NCBI GenBank assembly: GCA_964016885.1
Contig: OZ024755.1
Location: forward strand, 1,550,001 to 1,614,000
Source of the DNA: Eledone cirrhosa
Lineage: Eukaryota
Reading direction: 5' to 3'
DNA length: 64,000 bases
A program made the translations under genes and the position numbers. The notes under the pieces were generated by a model. The model did no database searches, was not told the DNA's origin, and saw only the letters and a program-made list of their open reading frames with translations. Every line of letters begins with the position of its first letter. Position 1 is the first letter of the stretch. Positions 26,096 to 53,605 of this stretch are shown piece by piece.

Positions 26096-26507
26096 GTATA
26101 TATTCACAGACAATGAATTCAAGGTCAGACAGAGATAATAAATTAAATATTTAGAGATAGAACTAATAATAATAATACTACTAATAAACAACAACATTTA
26201 ATACTACTAATAAACAACAAGTATAACATTAAGGACAGCACAGGTTTAACGATAATAATGATAGTAGTAGTAGTGATGATATATGTCTGTATATATATAT
26301 ATACAGCCGTTGGGGTCCTGACTCTTTTCCTATTTCCCACTCTACTACCCTAAGTATTGAGTACTCTGGTGCATTATGGTCCACCTGGTTCCTTACCACA
26401 CTTTATTATATATATTAACTTTGCCTTTCATCCTTACAGGGTCGATAAAATAAAGTACCAGTAATATACTGAGTAATTGCTGGCATTGTGCCAAAAGTAG
26501 AAACAAT

Positions 26508-26539
<32 letters not shown>

Positions 26540-26760
26540 TATATCCCACTTCAACTTGACCAAACCTCACAACACAAGTTGAGTGTTGCAAAAGATTATA
26601 TATATATATACACACACACATTATAAACAAAGGATATATATATATACACATTATATACAATGGATATATATATATACACACATTATAAACAAAGGATATA
26701 TATATATATACACACATTATATACAAAGGATATATATATATACACACACATATATACAAA

Positions 26761-26800
<40 letters not shown>

Positions 26801-27371
26801 CAGACATTTGATGATGATGATGATACATGCATAATTAAATATGCACAGAAACAAAAAAAAAAAAGCAGAGAAGGAAAAACAAGTGATCGCTTCATATAAT
26901 GTAGAGCAGCTGATGAAATCACTGCAGACATATTACATCAGCTAGCCCTTTGGTGGGTAGAGTTGGGGGTGGATCTACAGTAGCTGAACATATATTACAT
27001 CAGCTACCCCTTTCTTGGGTAGAGTTGGGTGGATCTCATCATCATCATCGTTTAACGTCTATCTTCCACGCTAGCATGGGTTAGACGGGAGTTGTCCCAC
27101 TTGAGGCAAGATTGATCGGGTGACCGTGTCTCGTTCGTATAGGACTATCTGGCAGGTGTTTTACGGCTGGATGCTCTTCCTAACACCAACCACATTTAGT
27201 GTGGACTGGGAGCCTTTTTACCGTGTTACCTACATGACCACTTTAGTGTGGACTGGATGTTCTGGTACCAATATAACTTACAGCGAAAGGGTGGTGTTGG
27301 TGGGAGTGGGAGGATGATGTAGGAGTGTATATTTGGTTAAGAGATGCCTACTGACTGTTGGTTTAACTTTG

Positions 27372-27793
27372 TATATATACATATATATATATATGGTGGC
27401 TGCCAACTCGTTTTCGAGTACGGCCACTACTTTATATCCATGTAGGAGAACCCCTACCGATGCGTTGAACAAGTGTGACTTTTTAGTCCAGCCGGCGACT
27501 TGAACACTCTGGTACAAACACTACACTTGTGACAATTATTGACACATAGTGCTGGGCCCTTGTGACAAGTGCAGAGAGATCTCCAGATATAAAGCAATTC
27601 CTGTGCCGTGAAGCTTTTATAGTGAGCAAAGGCACTGCACAAAGCCAGTCCCACTCTCTTAACCAAGATGATATTTACCAAAAAGAAGAACAAGTCAACA
27701 TCATTGGATACCATCAGGGTTGCAGGTGTTATATCAGTTTTCCTTCTCCTAGAATTCTGCCTTGACAAAGGCTAAAGGGTCATCTCTCCCGGG
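27372..27793 (-). mobile_element. Internally deleted RTE-type non-LTR element (5'-end-like motif joined to 3' zinc-finger end)
   Basis: Minus strand has CCTTTGTCAAGGCAGAATTCTAGGAGAAGGAAAACT near the start, then the C2H2-like CSVCTRVFKSPAGLKSH typical of RTE ORF C-termini, a short stem-loop CTCG-AAAA-CGAG and a (TA)n tail. Confidence 0.55.
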
Positions 27794-29174
27794 TATATAT
27801 ATATACATACACACATGTACACACACACACATAAAATAAAGTATATATGAATATATACAATAATTAATAGAAATATTGGAACCAGCTTTTCTAAACTCTC
27901 TGAATTTTCTTTTTTTATATATTTATGTTGTTTAGAAGAGGAAATGGTAAAAATGGGAGGAAATGTCTTTGGAATTGTGTCAACTCTTCATCACCATTTG
28001 ACAGCCACTATATGGTGGTGGTGGTGGTGAAGATGGTGATGTGACAATTTTCAACTATTTAATTTAATTAGTTAAATAAGAAGACGTGTGGCTGAGTGGT
28101 TAGAGAATTAGATTCACAATTGTGAGGTTGCGAGTTCAATTCCCGGACCAAGCATTGTGTTATGTCCTTGAGCAAGACACTTTATTTACGAGGGTCAGCT
28201 GAAAAGTTCATAGGCCGACCAAGATACTCATGGAATAACCAAATGAGGTTTACTTTTCAACATAGTCCTTGGAAAGAAACAATGCAGTTGTTAATAAAGA
28301 GTTAAAATTAATACATGCAAGATTTTACAGCTCTAGAACAGGAAATAAGGTAATTATCTCGCTGTATGTCGTGAAGAGAGGTTGTCATGTCTGGAGGGTC
28401 CTACCAACCTTTTTTTTTTCAATATTTCCACAGCTGGATGCCCTGTCCTATTTACAGTGTGACGCTGTGTTTATTGTATAGATAACCAGCATTGGAGAGA
28501 TTTTTGTACCTTAGCACAACTGAAGGGTCCTCTCGACTCAAACCCCCACCCACACTTCATAAAATATATTTAATAATGAAAAGAAAAGAAAAATATTGAA
28601 ATAACTTTTATTGTAAACAATTATATGTACAACAGAAAGAATTCATTCCATTCCGTGTTTGTGATACAAAGAAAAGACAAAAAATCTGCCATCTTTTTTT
28701 TACATGTAATCTTAAAACATGACAAAGATTAACGATAATTACCACCTCACTGATCAATGTTAGATATTGATCTCTGTTAATTCCTTGTTTTACCAAGACT
28801 TTGTAGAAGTTGAAGAATAAACAATGTCAATGGAAAGGATTTTACCAAAAATAATAGAATTGAGACAAAACTGGTCGTCATTCCGGACTTTTCTAGAAGT
28901 TCAATACAGTGGAGGGAAAATTAATTAATTACAGATCTTTGATGAACTGAAACACCATCGTCATCATTTTTATGTCTGTTTTTTTTACATGTTTGCCCAT
29001 GTTGGACAAACGTGTTCTACTTTGAATGTGTGTATGTTAATTCTACCTTGAATGAATGTATGTGTATAGATGTTCTACATTAAATGTATGTAGTAGAATA
29101 CATTTACATGTCAGTCCCTCCAAATTTCTTTCCAGATAAACACGTCAATGGCTCAACTGCCATAGTTTAATATC

Positions 29175-44075
<14,901 letters not shown>

Positions 44076-44164
44076 TGTTGATGATAAAATTTTAGATAAA
44101 TTGAATTTTACTCAGAAATATTACAGACACAATAAAGAATGTCGCCACAAAAATCGTGCTAAAA

Positions 44165-44200
44165 TTTCCCGCCACAATTTGGTCACATGACAGACACGTG
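44165..44200 (-). promoter_or_regulatory. MCM3 proximal promoter: E2F site and two E-boxes
   Basis: TTTCCCGC 44165-44172, GTCACATGAC 44182-44191 and CACGTG 44195-44200, lying 90-125 bp upstream of the MCM3 ATG. MCM genes are classic E2F targets. Confidence 0.65.
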
Positions 44201-45891
44201 ATTAGTTAGAATAAAACATCTAAAACTCGGAGCAGTAAAATATATTCCAGTCAGTCGAAAAGAAATATTAATAATAAACAATTTTGATGTGTTAAATTTG
44301 TGTTTGGTTTTTCAGACGAAAGTTATATTTTATATTTAATACAATATTAAAAATGAAGGAAGAGAATAATTTTATAATATTTTATTAAAATACTTCGGTA
44401 AAAAATAATGTTAAAACGGTGATTATATGTTTTATAAGTTAAAATTTATTTAATTAATTTATGTTTGAAATGTATGGATATACAATCAACAAAGCTAATC
44501 AATAAAGACATTAAAGCTCCGCAATTGCAGGAGAAAAGAGGGGGAAGGCAGGAGTTTCTATCTAAAAAGTCTTGAAGTACCAGTAATACTAACGGCTGTA
44601 CTACAGGCGATTTCAGGACTTCGCGTTGCTCCACTGCCAAATTCACCACCCTGTAAATACCTAGAATCACTGCAGACGATGTAATTTATCTTGTGTCCTA
44701 TATTAGAAATCAATATTACTCCAACATTGAACTGTTCTTGCGGCATTATTACCATATCTTTGACTAGGTAACTTTTTCCTAATGGGAATAATGATAGTAT
44801 TTATTAATATAATAAATAAGACTGTGTAGAAAGATACAATACTGGAAAAATAGATGGAAAAGGGGGGGGGGGCAATAATAACGAAGAAGAAAAAAAGGTA
44901 GAAGACTGGCTGACCAATTACACACCATAACAAGGGGCACTGGAGCTTCTCCTCGTAATGATTTAGGTAAACCAGCACACTAGAGACATTATCACAGGTG
45001 ATAGGTTGTGTAAAGTATTAGAATAACCATGTTCCTTCACAGGCATCACCTGATACCTAGGTAAGGTGAGGCATTAATGATGACAAGAACTTTTTTGTCG
45101 GCAGCCCAGCTCTCCGACGAACGTTTTTGACGCAAAAGGTTGAAAAAAAAAAGTAGTTTATTGTTAATTCTTGGTATTTTAGAATTACATTCTGTCTGGC
45201 TACGGAAGCAATGGCTTTCACATTTACCTCAGCATCCCAGGAAGGAGCAAAGCAGTCGTGACTTGTGGCGTCTAAAGTCATTGGAATTCAATTTTGTTTA
45301 TCATTAAAAATTCACAATTTGTAAAAGTATCTTATTTACAAAATAAACCGATAGTGAAATGGTGTTGTTATTTCGCCAAATTAGAATTTACAAATTCTCG
45401 AAGATACATTTTTTTTTTTAAATTAAAAATAGCAGAGACATAAAGAGTTGTTGTTTTATTGTCTAACATGTTCTAATATTTTAAAATAAATATTAAATAT
45501 AATTATTTAAATATTGCGATTATCGATTAACAAATCCTGAAATATGTGGAAACCATTCATCATTCAGCTACATAAAACAAGAATATATACATATATACAC
45601 TCATATATAGATGCGTCTTTGGACATATAAGCTCGCATATCTGACGAGATGTTGAAAAAGAGTTGAGCCTCGTCATTTTGATTGTACCCTGAATTGATCG
45701 ATATCGGAACAATTGTAATGTGCCAATAAAGTTTGTATATATGCTGCAATACTGACTTCAATTCTACTTAATCTATATCTATCTATATATATATATATAG
45801 GTATGTAAAAGATAAACAGAAATAACAACACAATCGGTACAGTATATGGAAGGGATATATTAGGTTAACGCTTGATATAGCAGAAAGAGGG

Positions 45892-45927
45892 TCTTAACGT
45901 TTCGGATGCTAGTCCTTCATCAGAAGA
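45892..45927 (-). ncRNA. Minimal type I hammerhead motif (Penelope-type, dimer-dependent)
   Basis: Minus strand TCTT-CTGATGA-A-GGA-CTAGCA-TCC-GAA-ACGT-T-AAGA: 4-bp stem I, 3-bp stem II, loopless palindromic stem III ACGT. Confidence 0.65.
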
Positions 45928-46273
45928 AAGAATGAGAAATAAGATAGATTGAGGGGACGGGTGGGTTGGAATTGGAAAAAATGTCTTTAGATAAAAATAA
46001 CAGGTCCATTCATGTTGACATCTCTTGAAAATAATAATATAATATAATTATATAGATATTGCAATCATCAAATCAAACAAAACTACCCATTAGTCAGGTA
46101 CCTAAAACAGGAATATAAATATATATATATGTGTATCAGTTCGCTAGGATTCCATGCCGGAATTTCTATACAACCCACAAGACGTCCTCGTTACTTTGCT
46201 TTAGTAAACACGATGGTAGATTCTTCTCCCATGTGATATCTCTAAATAATACAGACACACAAATACGTTTAAC

Positions 46274-49200
46274 ATGGAAGAAAGTCTAAATGAAAAACAG
46301 ATCAAAATTCACGTTGATGGTGATGTTGGTTTGGTATGGAACAATGAAGGTAAAGATATTTTAATTCCGATATATCTCACTAATAGTTATTGATACACAA
46401 TTTTTATATCGACATATGATTTTATTATGTATGGATTGTTCTGGAAATGTATCGTTCAAGCTGTTTTATATCTTTATTTAGCAATTAAGAAAGGTTTCGT
46501 TGTGATATCTCCATCAATTAATGTATTTGTTTATACAAAAAAAACCCCCCCAAAACAATCCTTTTTTGCCATCGTTGGTAAGAGGCGCCTCAATGTGGTC
46601 ACTGGATCTGCTAGAAATGGCAGTCAGGTCACTCAGATCTCTCACTGGTGTATTTGATAACAAATAGGAAGGAATTTGTTAGACAATGTATTTTAAAATA
46701 AACTATTTAAAGAGTGGGAATGGTTGGGACTAGAACAGAATTATACAAGAAAAAGAAATCCGTTCGTCTGCTCGGAGTTGACCTGGTAAACCTCGCTCTA
46801 AATGTTCTCACAAACCTTATTTCAGAATTGATAACACCTTTTACTTGTAAATATTTGTCTTTGCATTCATTTATATAGCCAACCCTACCCTAGCTCTCCC
46901 CAGAGAATCTTATTAGGAAATATTTCTAAGGATCACTGAAACGAACAAAAGAGAAAATAAACGTTTAAAAAATCTGGGGACATACAAAATAGGAAATACG
47001 TTTAAGAATCAACGAAACGAACAAAAGTGAAAATAAAGGTTTATATTGAATGCTACAAGCTGTAAAATGTAATTTACCAATAAATCACAATATTTCAGTA
47101 ATTTATTCTGTTCGGCTATGGGTGCCATTTTACAGAGTGTACTGGGTGCTTTTTAACTTGGCACCATCACCACAGAGATTGTTATATCCTCAAAAAGATA
47201 AAAGAATCCTTCTCATAAAGTGGCCCTGTTGAGTATCTGGTGACCAGTTTTAGAAACCATTTCAAATATGGAATGTAGACGTAAGCTGAGGTTGCTTTAA
47301 CTTGTCCGGTCTCGGCCGTGGAATCGTGTCCGACCCATGCCAGCATGAGAGACAGACATGATAATGATGATGATGATCTCAAGCTTATCTTGTTTCAGTG
47401 GCTGCCATAATGTGTAAACAATGCTATTATTGTATTGAAGATCTATATATGATTAAGATGAAGGTAAAGAATTTATTGGAAATATTTATCACATTTAATT
47501 TAATTTATTTTCCAGATGTCATGTTGCTAAGGAAACAGCACCGTATTGTTGGAACATTGGTTGGGGCTCTCCCTCGGTCTCCATGCCAAAATAACTTACT
47601 TGGACTTCCACTGCAGTTATCACCAGAAGAAGTATCTGTACTTTTGGACAAAGGTAAAGCTATCAATTTGATTGTTTATTAATGTTCAATGTTATCAATT
47701 CATCTACATGTGCTTCACTTTAGCATTTAAACCGGCCGTAACTGGCTGTTCATACTTATGTTAAGGTATTATTCTCAAAATAAATAATATCAAAATCTCG
47801 TAGAGTCGTTATTCTGAGAGATAAAGTGTTTACCGTGAAAATAAAATAGTAAATATAAAGTAATGTAAATACTAAAGGGTTAATGGTATGAAAAAAATAA
47901 TGTAGAAGTGTTTATCTCAGATTCCTTTCAAGAATATTACCATTATTTTCACATCTATTTACCTGTTCTTGTAGAGATTCAAAGCCCTTCACCATTTGTT
48001 ACATTCCCACCATGACCCTCTGCTGAGATCAGCTCTCAATATTTCAGACTTTCTCCATATTTCTAGGTATTGCTCATATAGTTCAAGAGGTTTATCCTAA
48101 TAAGCCATCAGCAGAAGAAACACAAGCGTATGAAGAACAAAGACATCACAGTTATACACAACAGGTATATCTTCTGTCTATTGAATAAACTAAATTCTAC
48201 ACAACAGGTATAAATACACACACACATATATACATTTGAAAAAAAGAGTGTTTGGCTAAAAACATACAAAATGAATCCAGACATTAGTCCCATCTCATCA
48301 GTTGACTGCTAGAGATGTTGTTTCTGTGCCTTCACCCATATTTTATGTATATATATATTTAAGTTAGTATGTCCCCTATTTAAGGTTACTATATTGTCCC
48401 CTATTTTCAGATTCCTCTTTATCAGCAAGAACGAAGAATGGATACCATACGTAACTTATCCAATATTGTAAAAGGCAAGAAATCCAAACGGAATCAACTC
48501 TTAGAACATCAAAAACAATCAGGAATGGAGATTGATGATACAGAGTTTGAAAAAGAAGTAGAAATTGATGTTGATGAAATAAAAATCCCACCTATCGATG
48601 AAAAGAACTCAGTTGTACAGATCTTCACTGGTTAGTAGCTATTGGTTTATATGACACAGCTTAACTATACTGGCCTCTGCTATCATTTCTCTTTCCTCAT
48701 ACTTGTATATTTTTTAGATTGAAATGTTGCATTGATTCATCAACATTGCAGGTGTAGATTACGTATTGATGAGGGGGAAACAATGTTTTCCATTCTTCAT
48801 AGTTGTAGGAATGGTAATGCATTCCGATGTAAAAAAAAATCTGACATTATTATAATTGTTTCTACTTTAGGTACAAGGCCAGCAATTACCTCAGTGTATT
48901 ACTGGTACTTTATTTTATCGACCCCGTAAGGATGAAAGGCAAAGTTAACCTCGGCGGGATTTGAAGCCATTCTAAGTTCAAATCCTGCCAAGGTTAACTT
49001 TAAAATAAAGTACCAGTAATACACTGGAGTAATTGCTGGCCTTGTGCCAAAAGTACAAACAATTATAATAATGTCAGATTTTTTTTTTTTTTTTACATCG
49101 GAACACATTATTATAATTAATAGTCGTTAACATTAAATTGGGTAATGGTCTGTCTTGAGACTTGTGTTTACCCTGACTGAGAGTACAAGCCTTCCCCCTG

Positions 49201-51000
49201 GACAGGACACCAGCCCATCGCAAAGTTAAAACCCCAACTAGTTAAGTCTTTCTCAAGCCCAGTACTTAACCCAGCTCCCTTGGTGTTAAGTGACTGAGAG
49301 GACAGGACACCAGCCCATCAAAGAGTGAAACCTCTGGCTGCTATTGCTTCTACTCAATTTCAGCTGAGTATATTGAATTGTCATGAAATGAAGTGTTTTT
49401 CTCAAGAACACCTGCCCCAGGAATCCAACCAACATCATAAGTCCGACAGCCTAGATTCTCTTCCAATCACGGAAGTTAAGTCTAGTTAGTATACAGATGA
49501 CAGCATGGTAGGGAGGAAATGCTCCAAGTTTCAACACGAGGAATACAGTAAACTATAGATATATCACATATTTCTCCCTCTTACAACTTCCACATATAAT
49601 TATTAAAATTGATATTGGATATGTTTATAGTAATTTAATTATTGGAATATGTTTTATAGAAGATTCATGGATGAACAGAACTTACAAAGAAGCTGAATGG
49701 TCATTCCCTTCAAATGCAATGCAGAACTTGCGGTATCGAGTGTTCAAGGAATTCTGGGAACAAGGATATTTTTTAACACATGGTTCTAAATTTGGTGGAG
49801 ATTTCCTTGTATATCCTGGTGAGTTATTTCTTTGAATTGTTTTAATTTAAAAAAAAAAAAAAAATGTAATCTAGCTTCCAACAAGTCTGTTTCGATTCTG
49901 GTGGCTCATCAAACCGATGCCTTCCTGGTTTCCATGGTTTTAAGCAATGTGAGTACACGACTTCCATGCCTGGAGAGGGTACCAGTCCACCATAATATTT
50001 ACAATGGTTTTAATGAAAAAAATGATGCAATCTAGCTTCCAACAACTTTAAAAGCTTATCTCGGTCCTTGAGACCAGTGCTTATCCCAGTTTCCATGATG
50101 TTAATTGACTGAGTAGAGGAGACCCCCCCATAATACCAGTGTAGGGTGAACCCTCCAGCTAGTTTGTCTTGATATCTGAGGCTCTTAGTTTCCATGGCAT
50201 GAAGCAACTGAGAGTACAAGACACCAGTCCATGGCAGGATTAACCCCCAGCTATTGCTGGTACCCATTTTCAGCTGAGTATACTGGGGCAACGCGAGATG
50301 AAGTGTTTTGCTCAAGAACACATTATGATTGTAAGTCCAACAACACCCTTACCACTAGGCCAAGCTAGCAGCATAAGTTTAGCTCCCAGTAAGTACACTA
50401 TATAGTTTCAATTCACAGTTAATTGGTACATAGATGATACAGAAAAAGCATGAATGTACTATTACATTTCCTCTAGGCAAGACAATAACTTTGCATAGAT
50501 TGCTGAAACTCACGGAGGACTGTGACAAATGGAGAGATGATACTGAATAGGACCCGTCCTACCCTTGCAAGCAAGGAAAAGTGGACGTAAAATGATGATG
50601 ATGAGGATATCATCCAAATCTTGTTCTATGTAAATTAGGGGCCAAAAGTCTTGTTGGAAAAATCCTGTATAATCATTTCTTGAAATAATTACTGAATTCA
50701 TAATCAACCTCTTTTTAAAAGACAAAACAAATGTAAGTGAATTTACTGTTGTACAAGTTTGATGTCTTCAATTGTTTTATTTTCTGGCTTAAATCAGGTG
50801 ATCCTGCTAGATATCACTCATTTTTCATTGTTCGGTGTGTGAATCAAAGAGAAACTATCCAAATGACTGACATAGCGGCTGTTGAAAGACTGGGGACAAC
50901 AGTGAGGAAAACAGTTGTCATTTGTTCCTTAAATGACGACGATGAAGTGGATTTCATCTCACTACAATGGAGGGGTATGGGGTGGAAAACAACAGGATGA
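46274..51000 (+). CDS. TSEN34: tRNA-splicing endonuclease catalytic subunit Sen34, 297 aa; exons 46274-46349, 47516-47653, 48067-48164, 48411-48630, 49660-49818, 50798-51000
   Basis: LRKQHRIVGTLVGALPRSPCQNNLLGLPLQLSPEE (Sen34 N-terminal motif); [38 protein letters not shown] (catalytic Tyr/His); RLGTTVRK (catalytic Lys). Total 894 nt in frame. Confidence 0.94.
47717..47883. mobile_element. piggyBac-like MITE family 1 copy, internally deleted
   Basis: CTTTAGCATTTAAACCGGCC ... TAAATACTAAAGGG-TTAA. Confidence 0.8.
48822..49103. repeat. ~280-bp imperfect inverted repeat built from two SINE halves plus flank
   Basis: TTCCGATGT(A)nTCTGACATTATTATAATTG... mirrored by ...CAATTATAATAATGTCAGA(T)nACATCGGAA; 11-nt central spacer 48966-48976. 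Confidence 0.88.
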
Positions 51001-52168
51001 TGCAGTGGGGAGGGTCATTAAAAAGTTATATTGTATAGATATACCTTTAGATGATAGCTGAATGTGTGTACATTAAAACCAGTGGTGGTGGTGGTGGTGG
51101 TGCAATAGACTTGCATCCCAACTTGGGAGCAACGAGAAGACGTATTCAGATTTGTTCATTCTTTATTCAAGAAAAAGTTCATTATAAATCAAATCAATAT
51201 GTACCTAAAGCCTAACATTAAATAAATAATTGAAGAAAATAACGAGCCACTTGTAAAATTTTTTTATTATATTTTATGGAAAGTCACAAAAGATAGGAGA
51301 TGACTTTTGGGATTTAGCAGAAGTTAAAAAGATTCACATGTTTAATGCAGATATTTAAAGAATTCATGCACACTTAAAATACATTCCCTTCACAATCCAT
51401 GAAAATTTGATGATTTTAGGGGATACAAAAAAAAAAAACCCTGAAGAATTGCACTCAGATATGGGCACAAGCACAGGCACTAACATACCACACAAACTAG
51501 AGATGATACTGCATTAAAGATGTTTAGCATGTGTTTCTGCTGTGGTGGGTGTAGCCTATATATTAACCAATTTAAATCGTCTAATTTGATAAAATACAAT
51601 ACTAATTAAATTTTAATGATATATTTTCATAACCTGCTTCTCGATGTAGCTTTTCTAGTAACACTACCAGTCAAGTCGACTATAGCATTTGTGATTCATC
51701 TACATCATCAAGTGTGTTTTTATATAAATAGGATAGATGAGAGAAGCAGGAGAGATTTAAAAGTCAGGAAAGTTACATAGAAAAATAATCTTATGTACAT
51801 ATCACAGTCACAGATCACATAAGGTTTTGTTCTTCAAGGAATGTGTGCTGGGACAGAGATCAGTTTGTTTCTTTTTAAAAGATCATTGGAGCATTCCAAA
51901 AGTCTTCTTCCAAAGTTACTACCCAGATGACTTGATCATTTTCCTTTCTCCGAAGACATCCAGATGCTTGAAATAGATTTCAGGGATGGTCAAGGAAAAT
52001 GATCTATTCTAGATGCATTGGGCTGTAATCTCCGAGAGGCCAACAGCAGCTGCGACTCTCACTGGAGGAGTCAAAGCTAGTTACTGTCTTTTGGGACAGC
52101 ACAGTTCACTTCGTTCCATTTGTGAGGTTTTTTGTTTTAGATTTTCTTCTTCAATCTTCAAGTTGTTA

Positions 52169-53531
52169 TCACAGCCGCTTCAAGAATTTTTTGGCTTTCT
52201 TAGTATTGAGAATCTCTTTTGGTAACCGTTTTACACCAATCAGAACACAAGGTGCCGAACCATGATAGTTGGCAAGACATTTGGCACAGAATTGGTAATT
52301 ACAAGAACTGTTTGTACAAACCCCTTTGTCTGATATAGGATAAACCTTAGCTGGGTGTTGACATTTCAAGCATTTCTGAAGATGTTGATCATTTTGTAAA
52401 GATGCAGCACACTAAAAAAGAGTAAACACAAAATTATAAAAAGACACAGTTTCTAAATAGGATTTTAGTATGGAGAAGAAGAGGGAAATAATTTAAAAAG
52501 TTGTCTTGGAGACATTAAAAGTTAGATACAATTGAAGGGAGAGAACTCACTTGATGGAATAAATCACATTTTGTAACTGATTTTTTCACATCTTCATACT
52601 TGGGTTTTACGTTTTCCTGAGGGGGAAAAATAAAATTGATTTTATTCAGAATATAAATAAAATGGCCAATCTTAAATTTCAGAACATAATTTAAAACAAC
52701 TGTCATGGTAATTAACACTTGTAATTTCATTAAAAACTTTCAATTATTGAAAGAAAAAAAAAAATTCACCTTATTTTGAATTTCTTTGAATTTCTTCCTC
52801 TCTTCAAATTTCTTTAACTTAATACGTGCTTGGTTAATTTTACCACAGACTGCTTGCCACTTTTTACTGACAGATTGCATGCTGAGGAAGAGAATGGGGA
52901 AACATGAATAAGACATTTAAATTCATTTCTTAGTATGAATAATAATAATACGAGCAACAACTTCATTCCATTTAGATCGACAGAAATGTGAAGGGATAAC
53001 TTACCTATGTACATCTTCGGGAGAAAGATAGTCGACTAATTGGGCAAGAAATGCTGAAATGTTTTTCTGGTCCAACTCGGAAACGATGTCACAATTTCTT
53101 CGGCCTATTTTTTTGCCAATAATATTCTGACAATCGAACTGTCTCTCCAAAGCTTTGCTGATATTTAAGGTGTTCAAACATTTCACAGAAACTATAACTG
53201 GAAGTGACCTCCGTAGCTGTTTTTTACCGTTCACGTCCTCCTCTTCGGCATATTGCCAGTCAAGTCGGCTTGGAGGAGGTGGAGTGGCTCGGTGGTCATA
53301 ATCAAACGATTTCTCTGTCGAGATAGCTTCTGGGGCGGAGTGTTCGTTCAGAGCCAACGGGGTGAAAGTGTACCCGGGAGAAATATAACCGCTGTCATCA
53401 AGATATTTACTGTTAGCTACATCATGGGGTGTACTGGTCATGATGGGTTTCTTGAAATTGGAAAAATTCTTTCCATTACACATCTTCGTGTTGTGCTGGT
53501 TAAAATACGGGCCTGTAATGTCTAAAGTCAT
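52169..53531 (-). CDS. FBXO5: Emi1/Emi2 (FBXO5/FBXO43/Rca1) family F-box + ZBR APC/C inhibitor, ~315 aa; coding exons 53005-53531, 52770-52881, 52551-52616, 52169-52411
   Basis: DSGYIS beta-TrCP degron; IIGKKIGRRNCDIVSEL...LVDYLSPEDVHSMQSVSKKW (Emi-type F-box); ZBR CLKCQHPA...CTNSSCNYQFCAKCLANYH...C; RL tail TKKAKKFLKRL*. An invertebrate gene would be co-orthologous to FBXO5 and FBXO43. The start codon is inferred. Confidence 0.9.
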
Positions 53532-53605
53532 CGTCTGAAATAAAATAAAATAAATATATATACATACATGTGTGTACATATGAAATATTATACACGATCG
53601 AAATA

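Noticed and set aside
25119-26931. His/Thr-, Cys/Val- and Tyr/Ile-rich ORFs (also 32254-32901, 37205-37589)
   Set aside because: Microsatellite translations.
27454-27530. C2H2 zinc-finger gene
   Set aside because: A single finger followed by a retroelement-type tail; it fits an RTE ORF C-terminus, not a host gene.
45270-45281. Same first 12 nt (MTLD) as the Emi1-family start, suggesting a duplicate
   Set aside because: Similarity does not extend beyond 12 nt; plausibly chance.
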